Shown in pieces: positions 50,749 through 63,912 of a DNA stretch of 64,000 nucleotides (position 1 is the first letter of the stretch; each line of letters opens with the position of its first letter). The position numbers and the translations under genes are program-made. Source of the stretch: Lama glama (lineage: Eukaryota); contig CM052816.1 of the NCBI GenBank assembly GCA_028534125.1, positions 80,602,001 to 80,666,000 on the forward strand, given 5' to 3'. Under the pieces are notes generated by a model. It saw only the letters and a list, made by a program, of their open reading frames with translations, had not been told where the DNA came from and made no database searches.

Positions 50749-51555
50749 TGTCTGTAATATAATAATTTTAAATGCATATATGGTCTTTATCCCTGGTTCC
50801 TAGCACAGAGCTCTTAAATGTGGAATTTCCCAAGTGATAGGATGTCTTTTGTTACTCATAAGAGCCCCTTTCAACCATACCTGAGTTTATGCCAATGATA
50901 TGACTCATATTAAGGCCCCCAGATAGCTTCTGGGGAGGGGGGAGGTTAGCGTGCAGCTCAGGGGTACTAGTCCAAAATTACAGGGTTGGAACTTTCGGCC
51001 ACATCCCTCTGGCCTCTTGGAAGGAGAGAAAGGCTGGAGATTGAGTTCAATCACCAATGGCCAGTGATTTAATCAATCATATCTACATAAAGAAACTTTC
51101 ATAAAAACTCTTGGACAATGAGATACAGGGAGCTTCCGGGGTGGTGAACATGTGGAGGTGCTGGGAGGGTGGTGCCTGGAGAGGGCACGGAAGCTCTGGG
51201 TCAGCTCCCATACTCTGCCCTGTGCATCTCTTCCATTTGGCTATTCCTGAGTTGCATCCTTTATAATAAATCGGTAATTGTAAGTAAAGTACCTTCCTGA
51301 GTTGCGTAAGTCATTCCAGTGAATTATAAGCCCTGAGGAGGGGGTTGTGGGAAACCCTGAATTTGTAGTCAGCTGGGAAGAAGTGCAGGTGCCTGCAGAC
51401 CTCATCTGTGACTATCTGAAGTGGGGACAGCCATGTGGGACTGCGCCCTTAACCCCTGGGTTCTGTGCTCATTCCAGGTAATGTTAAAATTGACTTAAAT
51501 TGCAGGACACTCAGTTGGTGTCGAAGAATTGGGTTGGTGGTATTGGAACAATATA
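50749..51555 (+). mobile_element. MER21-like solo LTR
   Basis: tatatggtctttatccctggttcctagcacagagctc...ggagattgagttcaatcaccaatggccagtgatttaatcaatcat...gagcttccggggtggtgaacatgtggaggtgctgggaggg...ctttataataaa...caggacactcagttggtgtc. Confidence 0.8.
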
Positions 51556-53019
51556 TTTGGAATGTCAGATAAAAAGAAATCACAGTATTCCTTTCTGATC
51601 AATCTTAAAACTTTGAAAAAACGTTCTTACTAGAACACAGAGGCAGAAGTGGTATTTGTGATTCAGTGTTTGTGACATGCTGGCCCCTCCACAGCAAGGC
51701 TCAGGCCAGGGGCCCCTGGGCCCAGACCTAAGGGCAGCACTGCCCGCTGCACTGCGGTTCATGAGAATTTAACAGCTGGGAGCAGAAACTTTTAATGAAA
51801 GGGAACCTTGTAGCTCGTAGGATCCAGGCTTCTCTTGGGCAGTGGGAAAGCTGAATGAGTGGGAAACAGTACCTCAACAAGGTTGGCAGGCTGAGTCACT
51901 CTGGCCTGGAAGCCTGGGTTTCTAAAGGCCACCCAAGGAGACAGGCTCAGGTGTGGCTGTGAATGGCCAGGTGGGGATGAGCAGACTAGAGCCAGGGTAT
52001 CTGGAGTTCAAACTTTGACACGTGCTTCCTGCCCGCTCCAGGGCCTCCTGTCCTGCCTACTGGCTCTACCCACTGCCAGGGCTGTGGCTCACAGAGGGCC
52101 CAGAAGCAAAGAAGTGGGCAGAGGGGCTACGTGGGCACGGCTTGCGTCAACGACACCAATTATCCTTCCTCTGCATTTGACAAAGGAGCTAATTCTCATC
52201 CTGATTAGAGGCCATCCTGCATTATTAATAAATTGTTGGGATTTCACAAGTAGCTCCCACATTTCACTCCAAGAAGCTAAACTCAATGAGCCACTCCTTA
52301 TCAAGTCATCATTAAGCACAGTGCACAGATATGGGATTGAAACAACAGCAGAACTGAGAGTTTGCTATCTGCCATGTCCATCAGGGCGTCACCAGAAATG
52401 GGATGCCAAGGAGGGAGTTCAGCACGAGGACAGGGGACAGCACGTCCATCACGCCCTCCCTCTTTGGTGAGGTGAGTTTGGTATTATTTCATCTACCTCA
52501 GCTCCCCCCAGTGTGGTTGTGGAGCTCCAGCAAGATGATGCCTGGGAAAGGGCCTGGAAAAGATGGTGGCCTGGGATACGTCTACTGCCACTCAGCCACT
52601 CACAGGAGACTGTGTCCTGGAGAGCCATGCTGTCCACCTAACATCCCTCTTCCATTTCCCCACTGTCACTGTTAGTCACCCCTCTACCCAGATGCATCAA
52701 GGTCTTTGGCTTCCTTCCATCCTCAGCCCTACTCCTTTCCTAGGGAAATTCAGCGTCTAACGACCCATCCAACTTCCCAGCCCTATGCTGTCAAACTTGA
52801 GTTTGTCTAAGTTATGTGGGGGAATTTTGTTCAAATGCAGACTCTTTAGCCCGGATTGCAGTGATTCTGACTCAGAAGGCAGGAGAAGGCACCAGAATTT
52901 GCAGGTGGTGCTGATACAGATGGGCCAAGGGTCACGGAGAAGTCCTATTTTCTTGATTCCTTGACTTTGTCAGTGAAATAGACCTAGGGTTTCACAGAGG
53001 TCTTAAAGAAGGCTAGGTC

Positions 53020-54454
53020 ATGGGCATATATCCAGGGGAAAATACAATTTAAAAAGACACATGCACCTTGGCGTTCACAGCAGCACTATTTCCAACAGCC
53101 AGCACATGGAAATAACCCAAATGTCCATTGACAGAGAACTGGATAAAGAAGATGTAGTGATACATATACACATACAATGGAATACTACTTAGCCATAGAA
53201 AAGAATAAAATAATGCCATTTGCAGCAGCAAGGATGGACCTGGAGATTGTCATTCTAAGGGAAGTGAGTCAGAAAGAGAAAGAAAAATGCCATATGATAT
53301 TGCTTATATGCGAAATCTAAAACAAAAGAAGAGACACAGATGAACTTACCTATAAGACAGAAATAGACTCACAGACATAGAGAACAAACATGGTTACCAA
53401 GTGGTTAAAGGGGTGGGAAGGGATAAATTGGGAATTTGAAATTTGTACCTCTTGGGGAGTGATGGAAATGTTAGCTATCTTGATTGTGATGGTGGTTTCA
53501 TTGGTGTACACATCTATCAAAATTCATCAAATTGTACACCTGAAATACGTGTAGTTTACTGTGTAGGAACCATAACACAATAAAGGTGTTAAAAAAAATA
53601 TGCTGTTCCAAAATAGAGACAGATAGATTGATAAAAAAAAAAAGAATAAAATTAATTTCAAATTCCTTCCTAATTGGAAAAGCTAAGTCATTCTTCTTTT
53701 GAAGTAACATGTACATTTTAAAATTACTTTCCCCAAACACCCTGAACCTAAATATATATTTTTTTTCTGATTGAACTATCTTGTAGTAAAACTGCAACCA
53801 TCTTCATGAGTTAAAATTTTATGAAGTAATAGGAAACTACAGTTACGTAGACTATAAAAGGTGTTACTTTGGTACTTCTCTACAACTACAAAGATTATCT
53901 CCTTTATAACGGATGTCCGTCAAAGAATTACAGCTTCAAAACTCCCTGATCCTTTTATAAAAATGACCAATTAAATAAATCTGCAATCACATTTAAATTC
54001 TAGTGAGAAACAATTACAGAATATTTTTTAAAGTTATAGGAAAACAATAAATACTAAAATATATTTTCCAAGTTTCAAAGAGCCAAAGGAAGAAAGGCAG
54101 GTAGGAAAGGCAGCCATACCTACTCTAAATCACTCACACAGCCTCGGCTCTAGACTGTTCCTCCCACCAGGTTTCCTGCCTTATGACATGCGATTGGGAA
54201 GCATTAGGAAAGTAGAATGGAGCAAAAATTTCAGAAGCGTTCACTAACAATAAAGGGACAATAAAATATTCAGATCTTATTCATCTGAATCTTTCTAAAT
54301 TTTTGCCCAACTGCTTGACTTTGATCTTGTACAGTTCTCACTTGCCCTCAGAGGTAACCTGGATTATCAGGAGCCTAAGGAGATGACAAATTCTCCAACT
54401 GACCTTTCAGCAAAGTAAGTAAACAAGAACGAAATAATCTTCAAAAAAAAAAAA
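53020..54454 (+). mobile_element. 5'-truncated L1 with probable 3' transduction, poly(A) and TSD
   Basis: L1 ORF2 end/3' UTR (53020-~53447), an older L1 terminus (~53450-53598), ~850 bp of AT-rich non-L1 sequence, then A12 (54443-54454). Repeat AAGGCTAGGTC at 53009-53019 and 54463-54473. Confidence 0.75.
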
Positions 54455-55240
54455 GGCTAGGAAAGGCTAGGTCTTTTCTATTTTTAAGGATTCCAACATA
54501 TTTTTTAAAAATGAAGGAATAAAGTTATCAACATTGTGGTAAATTTTGAATGCTTGTATAAATACACACATAAAACTGCATTTGGGGTAAACAGCAAGTC
54601 TAAACATGAAGCCCCCTGGAGAGGTCAGCCTCAGCACTATGTGTATATGTAATGGTCCTCAAGGGACGCTCAGACCAGACCTAAAGCCTTGAGGAAGTTC
54701 GACGTCCACTGGTAGCGCTTCTCACCAGCTCCTGTGCACTGTCGTTTTGGCCCAGCCCCCTAGCCGGCTGGGGCCATAGCGAGAAAAATGGAGCCATGAG
54801 ACAAAGCACCTGTGTAGCTACAAGGACGGTTGCCTGCCTGCATTTGTCTTCAATTCTTGTAGCCAATTGTATTGAGAGGATGGTTAACACCTGGTGGGTA
54901 GGACCACGCCCCCCCATGGGTAGGTGTGTGTATGAGCTCCCCTATGGCCAACCACCCAGGGAATAGGTGGGCCTCCAACATAAACTTTAGGGAGATTGGA
55001 GGGAAAACTCTGCTTGAAAAAGTTAGGGAGACCAACATTAATGCTGGCTTCTAGAAAAGGCTCACCTAACAGCTCCCTACATATTTGTGTGGAAGAAGTT
55101 AAGTTACCGAGACTCTTTCTCATAGAGGAAAGTATAAGCAAAGAGAGTTAACATACCTCAAATGCCTCCTCCAAGCTACTCATGGGGCCCTGGCATTGTA
55201 AGCTTACTTTTCATTATAGCTTGGGACTTTGCCAAGTATA

Positions 55241-55325
55241 TTAGGTTGAACCATATGAAGCTGCCATTTCATTTCTGTGGGTCAAAAAAGGTTGCATATT
55301 GGCAGTTTCATATAGTTCAGTCTAA
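55241..55325. mobile_element. MADE2-like mariner MITE (palindromic)
   Basis: TA|ttaggttgaaccatatgaagctgcca ... tggcagtttcatatagttcagtctaa|TA: ~26 bp imperfect terminal inverted repeats with TA duplication. Confidence 0.85.
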
Positions 55326-55559
55326 TATTTCAGACATCAAGGAGCAGGTGAATATAAGATGTTGGAAGCTAAGGATCAGAGATTGACCCAAGCCTGAAAG
55401 GTTTGCCCAGGTAGTGGTGGCCCTGGTGGAAAGAGGACAGGACAGAATAACAATCGGAGAATTGTTAATAACAAGTAGGGACTGATGGTGGTGAACTTGC
55501 TGTTCCCCCACCCCCACCTGGAAGGCTCCACCCCCAGATATACACATATTCTCCTCCCT

Positions 55560-55815
55560 CACAATCTCGGATCTTTGTTCACGTCTCACCTTCTCAGAGT
55601 GGCCTCCCTCACCAGTCTTACCCCCAGGGGTGCTCTAGCCCATTCCCTGCCTTATTTTCCTCACAGCACTTGTCCTATTTGTATTTATTATGACGCCACC
55701 ACTAGAACGTAGATGCTGTGAGCGTAAGGGACTCTGCGCTCTCCCACGTCCCCAGCACACAGACGGCTGCCTGGCATGTAGCATCTGCTCGGAAGTATTT
55801 GTTGAATGAGTGAGC
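55560..55815 (+). mobile_element. L2 3' end
   Basis: cacgtctcaccttctcagagtggcctccctcacc...ccactagaacgtagatgctgtgag...tgcctggcatgtagcatctgctcggaagtatttgttgaatgagtgag. Confidence 0.75.
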
Positions 55816-56719
55816 AGAAGAACAGCTAATGAAGACTTGATCACTCCATTTAGGCTGCTATCGGAACAGTCAGATCTCATAAAAACAGAAGCACATGACA
55901 ACCGACAACCAAGCCTATGAACACGACTCTCAATTAATTACATAAACCCATCATTATCATCACTTCAATCACACATCACCCAGCCCTCAGCATTCGCTTC
56001 CTGGGTGCTACAAACAGCGATCCTCTCGGGTCTGTGAGGGAGATTTGTATGGTTCTCACTTCCTTCTGAGTAAAGAGGAGACTCTGCCACAGAAAGGTTG
56101 AGGTCACACAGCCCTTCAGCAGAACAAGGCCCTGAGGGGCCAACTGGGGGCAGCTGGGAAGAAAGCTTTTTGCCAACTCTAACTTCCAGTATCTTGGGAA
56201 AGGCAATCCCTGCTGGGGGTATCAAAAGTAGAAAGTGATTGAAAGCACTTGCCGCTGATCCTGCCTGGTCCTGGCACCACGTTGAAAACCTTTCTGCAGC
56301 TGTCAGCCAGCAAAGGGCTGTTGCTAAGCCTGCTAGAGGAACATATCCTGGTTGCTTCTTGCTTCATCCTTTTCAGCTGGGCTGCTTCCCGGCAGCAGTG
56401 CTGACCACAGTCAGTCTATGTAAGACACTTCAATCCAGAACCCACATCCAGGACTTACAAGTCCAGAGGACAATACAGCAAGTAAATGTAAATGTATAGA
56501 CTTACCCTTTGTCTACAGGACATTCTGGAATGAATCCTTGTACATTTATAATCTTGATTACTTTTCACAGTAACTCTCCCACATAGCCCCTCAAAGAACT
56601 TGCTATAGGATTTCTCTATTTACTTATTTATTTTTAGGCTGTTTGTCCTTTTAAACCATGCATTCAGGGGGCTGAAACTGATGATGGAGATACAAAAGGA
56701 GAGAAAGAAAAAAGAGAGA

Positions 56720-57247
56720 CACTGCTGGTTTTCCTGTTTGGCAGCTGAACTTAAATCCTTTAACAAACTACCGCAAACTCGGTGGCTTAAAAGAACAAAG
56801 TGTATTATCTTACATGTTCTGTTGATTAGCGTCCAACAGAGATCTCACCAGCTTAAAATCAAGGTGTGGGCAGCGCTGTGTTTCTGTTGGAGGCTCTTGC
56901 AGAGAATTTATTACCTTGTCTCTTCCAGCGTCTAGAGGCTTCCCCTGCGCCTTGGTTCATGGTTCCTTCCCATCTTCAAAGCCAGCACCAGCTGGCCAAG
57001 TTCTCCTCAGATTGTATACCTCTGACTCTCTTCTTTTGCCTCCTTCTTCAACTTTTAGTGACTCTGTGATTACATCAGACCCACCTGGATAATCCAGGAT
57101 GCTCGCCCTTTCTTGGCATCAGCTATTGAGCAGCTTTAATTCTCTTTGCAATCTTAATATCCCTTGGCCAGGTGACCCCACATAGTCAGAGGTTGATCTG
57201 GGAACAGGATGGGGCAGCTTTGGGGGACCACTGTTCTGCCTGCCATA
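56720..57247 (-). mobile_element. MaLR solo LTR (MLT1D-like)
   Basis: taacaaactaccgcaaactcggtggcttaaaagaac...ttaaaatcaaggtgtgggcagcgctg...cccacctggataatccaggat...ctgttctgcctgccata. Confidence 0.8.
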
Positions 57248-58599
57248 AAGGATGAGATTACAATGGGCCCGGTCATCATTTTTAAGGAGTTTTTACTTTA
57301 GCCTAAGGTTAGTAGAGGGTCAGTAAAGGGTTTTAAGCAAGTGAATAACAGGATCGTACTGTTAGGCTAAACTTTTGGGTTCTTTTTCTCTGTAAGTTGG
57401 AATGGGGACTAGGTGCTATCGAATGGAACTCTGGGCCTGGGCCTGATACTGGGTCCTGGAGAAAGTCCTGTCCAGGAACAGAGGAGAGGAAATTGTAGGG
57501 CTAGAACTTCAGATGGACACCTGCCCCCCAGTTCCCAAACCTTATCCTCACTCAAGTCTATGCATAATAAGATGAGAGTCTACTGTAAACCCATTACTTT
57601 CTCCCAGCCCACAGTCACCTCTTCCTCTCTGTGTGGTCAGGTTGAATCAGTGTTTACCTGTGAGGAAGTCAGAGAGCTGCCACCCAGGGTGGGGCAACAC
57701 TCACATTCACACTCCTTACCCTCTCTTGATTTCTTTCCACCTCCCTGCATTTGGCAGGAACAGCTTGAAAAGCATCATCTGTCTCTACCCCAGACTCCTT
57801 TTGATAAGTCAGGAAATATACCTTCTACCTCTTTATCTGCTTTATCATGGAGAAGATGTTTCCCAAATCCTTAAGTCTTACTTAAATTGCAAGAATAAGA
57901 TAAAATACTGAAAACATTTTATTTCCTTTCCATTACTTTAAAAAGACTTTCTAGAACTCTCTATAAATAAAGACTTATTAGGAGCCAAGCTTCTCTTCTA
58001 AACGACATGCAGCAGGATGGAGAGCTGGGTCAAGCATCTCTTTCAACTGCATTTGGTTAATTAGCCACATTGTTTTGCTACCTACAATCAACTGTGCATA
58101 CCAGCTGGTGTGGTTTCAGAACAAATGGCAGTCATGTGCATGCTTTGCGCCTTATCTTCTGTTTGCATGATATAATCAACACTGAACAACAGGGCCTCTC
58201 CGGCCCCAGGCCTCCCCACACCCCCAGCACCAGGGGCTGGGATCCCACCACAGGTTCTTTGAGTTTGCCCATACATTTCATTGGCCCTGGAGGACACAGA
58301 TCGCCCTGGCCCACTTTGATTCCATCCCCTGCCCTTATCTACCTGATCTCATGTTCTGGCTTCCATGGCCTACCAACCTTTAACTCACTCCACCCTGGGT
58401 CTCCAGGACGAGAAAAATCTACCCAGCACACCCCTCCTTCCCTCCACAACATGGTGTGGACAGAGGCCTTGGAGTCCCAAAACCTGGGTCCCCAAACTCT
58501 GACACTTATTAGCTGCCTTCACTAGTTGTATAATCATCAGATTATCCTTACAGACTTATTGTGAGGGCTAAATTAGTTAACGCATGTAAAAACACGTGA

Positions 58600-59058
58600 G
58601 AGTGCTATTCAAACTGTATTTTACGGACTGACACCATCCACAAGTTGCTTGCTACCAGCCTGCAACTAGATAAATATGAAAGTATAGTTAAGTAGAGAAA
58701 CTTGTCATTGGATGTCATTGGATCGATGAGTTTATAAAGCAAAAAGAAAGCTCATTTGTCACGCTATGAGCTCTAAAGTATACAGCATTTATTCAAAGTG
58801 TGCATAAAGGCCCTTAATATGAGGAGCCACTATTTTACTCATAAGTAACTTTTTGTGAAGTAACAAAGTTTTGTGTAATAATCATTGTATTAGTCACACT
58901 TTCAATAGACAATATGTACAGGTTTTGCACTTTTTCTTTTTTCTGATGTAATTTTCTATTAGTTCATTTGTATCATGTTTTGCAAAAACATTGATCTGTG
59001 TCAAATTGGAAATCAAAGAAAAAATAGACATTTGTCACCGAGAATTTGAGAAGCACTT
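58600..59058. mobile_element. Probable hAT-Charlie-type DNA transposon remnant
   Basis: Ends agtgctattcaaact ... aatttgagaagcact form an imperfect terminal inverted repeat around an AT-rich interior. Confidence 0.45.
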
Positions 59059-60704
59059 AGAAACTACCTGGTATATTATAAAAATATTAAAAATTGCCAA
59101 ATATAGTAAGTGTTCAATTAACATTAGCTAGTGTTATTTTCATTTTCTAGGTGCAGAACCTTAGGCAGACGGAGGTGCAGCAACTAACCCAGAGTCCCAG
59201 GTCTATGGTACCATCCACTGAGGCATCCTGCCCAGGACCTGGAAGTACCTGCCTGTCTACCTCCAGGGAAACTGCTAGAAGGATTTATCTTAACTGGGAC
59301 AAGGGGCTCCTGCAGAAAATCCTGCAGGACAAAAAGCAGAAGCTGGAGAAAAATGGATGTTTCACTTTATCCTTGAGTTTTTCATGGTGCCAGCAGAAGC
59401 TGGGATGAAATGGAATTGCCCAGAAAGCACCTCAGGGTGCATTGCCTATGGAACAGTAACAACCCTGAGTTACACCCACCCAGACGTCGGCACTGGGGGC
59501 AGCAAGTCACCCAGCTACCTGGCAGAAAAGAAACATCAACTAGAAACCAGATTTACTGGTCTGCACAAGGTCACTAGGGCTCGCCGGGGACCTCTACTTC
59601 CTTGCAAAGTCACAAGGTCAAGTGGGCTCTATTCTTCAAAATCAGACACAATCCTAAAGAAAAAGACAAGAATAGAAGCTATACGAGGGATCAAGCATTT
59701 TTAACTAATGGAAACTGAACCCCACTTCAAGGGAATGCACCTTATTCAGGCCTGGAGATGCAATTAATCTTCACCTAGTGTCCCGTGGGACAGGGCTCAG
59801 AAGGAAGTTCCAATTACAGAGAAATGACATCCCTTTCCCTGCACCTCTGAGTTGTGACGAGTTGAATTTTTCTGTCTTCCTATAAGAACATCTGGGGAAA
59901 GCTAAACAATGAGTTAAGGAACCTATGAATCCAATGCTCAGTGACCCATTTCTGACTCCTTTCCTCCAAGCCCCCGCGCCCAGAGCCCCAGAGCCCAGCC
60001 CCAGCAAGCAGCGCAGGTCTCTGCCGGGTCTGAGCAAGTGCCAGTCCGCACTTCACAGCCCATTAGCCAAACGGGAGCGCAAAGGAGATTAAGTGATTGC
60101 AGCCTGTGGCGGAGCATGTAGGGGTATTCTGGAACATGACACCTCGAGGAAGGTGCCTGTGACAGCTGAGGGGACAAAGGGGTGGGTAGGCGGCGATGCT
60201 CCATGCTGTTAATGAGGCTTGTCCTGGCGGAGGCAGGTCCGCCTGCCCACGCTGCACTAATTCAACGTTAACCTGAAAGGAGAGGAAAAGGCAAGCGTTC
60301 TCTTCAGTCAAGGGCAGATCTCATTCCATGCCTCTTTGCCTGTTTGATTGTTAAGATTTTTAACCTTATTTTAAAAGTCAAACACGTTTTAGTATTGCAT
60401 GTTATACATCTGAACACTTGAAAGGGAAGTGTAATCACATGTTTAATATTTATACCTGTACAATAAATGAGAGCACTTCTAAAAACCCAACTGATTCCTT
60501 AACAGTTTTAATAATCAGAGGCATTTTCACTTAAGGTTTCTCTGTGTTATTTTTAGTGATTACCTTACTGTATGAGTTTGTCAAAGTTCATTGAACTGTG
60601 CAATCAAAAAGGCTGAATTTTCAGTATGTAAGTTATACCCCAGTGTGAAAAAAAAAAGAGTTGAGGGTAACTTAAGTCTCAAAAGCAATTTTAAAGAAAT
60701 ACAT

Positions 60705-61500
60705 ACACCTTTTAATAGATTTAGGGGGGAAATAATTTCAAAATAACAGAAAAGTTCCAAGAATAGTGCAAAGAACTTTTATTCCTGAACCCATCTGAGA
60801 TGCTGAAGCAGGGCTTCGTCACTTCTCATGAACAAGGACATCCTCCTCCTGTAAAACTGTAAACCAAACATCAAAGTCAGGAACTCAAGACTGATACCCA
60901 TCCAGCATCCAGTCCACAGACTCCATTCAGGTTTCACCAATTATTCCAGTCCTTTAGAGAAAAAGGATCAAATCCAGAGCCACACACCACAGCTAGTTAC
61001 TGTATTCTCCTACAGTCTGGAATACTTCCTCAGTCTTTCCTTGTCTTTCATGGTCTTGACACATTTGAAGACTACAGGCCGGTTGTTTTGTAGAATGTCT
61101 CTGAATTTGAATTTATCTGATACTTTTTTTTGACAATTAGAGTCAGGTTATGATTTTTTGGCAGGAATATCACAGAAGTGATATATTCTTCTCACTGAAT
61201 CCTATTGGGGGCACAGGATTTGAAATTGTCCCATTGCTAGTAATGTTCATCTTGATCATTTGTTTGAGGTGGTGTCTGTGAGTGTGGGTATGTACACACA
61301 AACTTTCATATTTATGTTCATTTTTATATCTATCTATATATATTGAAAATCATGAGTCCACAGTGATCTCTTCAACGCCAGATCAGTACAACAGATTGAT
61401 CTGAGTTTCCCCTACAAATTTGTAACCTCCTTTTTGGACAGTGTGAAACCTGACTCCCACGATCGTCCATAAATGTACTTGTGTCATCTCCCATCTCTCA
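60705..61500 (-). mobile_element. Old L1 (L1MC-like) 3' region, antisense
   Basis: cttcctcagtctttccttgtctttcatggtcttgacac...ttttgtagaatgtctctgaatttg...ttttggcaggaatatcacagaagtgat motifs. Confidence 0.7.
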
Positions 61501-63504
61501 TCACCACCTCCCATAGACCCCTCCTCCCCTCACTTGTGCTCTGACTTCCTGTCCTGGGCCACCACCGCCACCCCTACCCGAATGCCCTCTTCACCCTGCT
61601 TGGACTCCCAGGGGTGCTGGGGGTGCCCCTGCCATTCATTCACCCACGCAGGAGCCTCCCTCACCCCGTTTAGGCTCTGACGCTCTGCTCTGGTCCTGCC
61701 CTTCCCCCCCCCATAATAGGTGCCTATTTTTCTGAGTCCTACCCAGTGATATTTGGACTAAATTATTCAGGAAAGAAGGAAGAAAGGAGGGGAGGGAGGG
61801 AGGAAGGGAGGAAGAGAAGCCTTACCCGAAGCCTGGTGTGTGGGCTTATGGTCTTTCTAGTTCAGCACAGAGCACATCTAGGGTCAGTTCTCTCCTGTCT
61901 TGAGGTCGGGCAGTAGAAGTGTCCTAGCTACCACTTTTATCCTTATCCTTACCCATCAACTTTGCTCTGTTTCACAGCCACCACAGAGGTGAGGCCCACC
62001 ACAGGCAGGCCCGTGGCTGGGGAGTCTCGGTGTGCACTTACCTCCTATGGTCCAGGAACCATCCTGCATCCCCATTTCTGCAGAGGAAATGGTACTTGCA
62101 GGGTCCTGTGATGGTACCTTACAGGTAACAATGAGGGGCTGAAAAGGCTCTATTTTAACCCAAAGGGGGAAAAAATGCTTCTTGAGGAATGTTAGGCCCT
62201 ATGACATGCTTTTGGGAAGAGAAGGAGAGGAGGGTTATTCCCAAGGTCCATGCCTGAGACTGCCTGGTTAGGAGGGGTTGGGTGTTGATCCAAGGCTGCA
62301 TCTCCGTCCCAGCTAAGTAGAGCCTCCATTGGCTTGCTCAGGGAAGCTCAGTTGCTCTCACCTGAGCTCTGTTGCCAGCGCCCTGAGCTCAGAGCCATGT
62401 GCCCAGGCTCCCTAAGAGCTTCATCTATCCTCTTTGGTAGTTGGTCATGGTTTTCCGGCCATGATCTTGGGCAAGCTGACCTCTTTGACCTTCAGTTTTT
62501 TTGTTTTTTAAGTGGAGCTGATAACAACACCAGCTTCCTCAAAAGGTTGTTAGAAAGAATAAGCAAAAATATTAAGGTGCTAAAGCCCTGTGTAAAAGTT
62601 GGCTCTGTATCACTGCCCTCAGCAAGCACAGCCCACGGGTGAGAAATGATGGTGAACAACTGAGCAGTGGGGGCGGGGATCCCTGCAGCGCGTCTGCAGG
62701 TGTAACACGGGGCGCGGCGCTGGAATTTCTGGACACCTGATGCAACACTTTGATCACATGGACTTGTCTGCATTCTTCATGAGCCTGAGATTCACTCCTT
62801 AGAATCTTTCTTACTCAATTTATCTATCCTACTGGGGACAATGACAGAAGGATAATCACAACTAGGGGAGCTGAGGTAGTTTCCCAGCAGTCTGAAGGGT
62901 GGTTCCTGTACCAGCATCCACCGGGGTGAGTGCCCAGTGCGCAGACCCACCCACCTCCCAGGCAGACTCCACAGCCCTCTGGATTTCTCTGATGCACGTT
63001 AAGTTTGGAAAATACTGGCTTCAAAAGCTTAGCTAATGGGAAAATTTGATGGAATATTTTTCCTTGAAGAGTATTTTTTTTACATTCCAAAAAATAAATG
63101 CCAATTAGGGGCAAAAGCCCTATTTCCAGTTCTGCTATCAAAGACAATGATTTAAAAGCCTAGGTAAGAAGCTGTGCCCTGATTGGCATGATTGGTGTAG
63201 AAAAACCTGGACTAATGACTGCTAGGAAATATTAAACATTTGAAATTCAAATGTTCTGATAAAAGTAAAACACTTTCCTTTCACAATTTGTGGACTACAA
63301 TGTAAGTGGCAGACATTACTCCAAATCAACAGAGACTAGAAGAAATAGTACAATGTAAATGGTGCCCTGCTGTATTAATTCATTAGTACACTTTACATTT
63401 TTAAACTTTATTCCCTCAGGGTCTCTCTATTTCCCACATAAAGCAGTAGTTCTCAAGCTTTGGTATTTGGAAGAAATAACTTATATAGAACTTATTAAAC
63501 TCAA

Positions 63505-63912
63505 CAGATCTTCCTCGACTTATTATGGGGTTACATCCTGATAAACCTACCGTAAGTTGAAAATACCACAAGTTGAAAATTCATGTAATATACCTAACCT
63601 ACCCAGAATCAGAGCTAGCCTAGCCTAACTTAGAGGTGCTCAGAACACACATGAGCCTACAGCTGGGCAAAGCCATCGAACACAAAGCCTATTTTATAAT
63701 AGAGTGTTGAATAGCTCATGTAATGTATTGAATACTGTACTAAAAGTGAAAACCAGAATGGCTGTCAGTTGCTTGCTTTGGTGATCTGCAGCTCACCATT
63801 GCTGCCCAGCATCACAAGAGAGGACCCTACCAAATATCGCTAGTCCAGGAAAAGATCAAAATTCAAAGCACTATTTCTACTGAATGTGCATTGCTTTCAC
63901 ACCACTATAACC
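63505..63912 (+). mobile_element. Tigger5/MER47-like DNA transposon nested in a MER5-like remnant
   Basis: cagatcttcctcgacttattatggggttacatcctgataaacc...aacacaaagcctattttataatagagtgttgaat...tttctactgaatgtgcattgctttcacacca; upstream cagtagttctcaagcttt resembles a MER5 end. Confidence 0.8.

Noticed and set aside
54700..54722. Possible CTCF motif ccactggtagcgc (and similar partial matches elsewhere)
   Set aside because: Only a partial match to the core; cannot be supported without a PWM scan or ChIP data.
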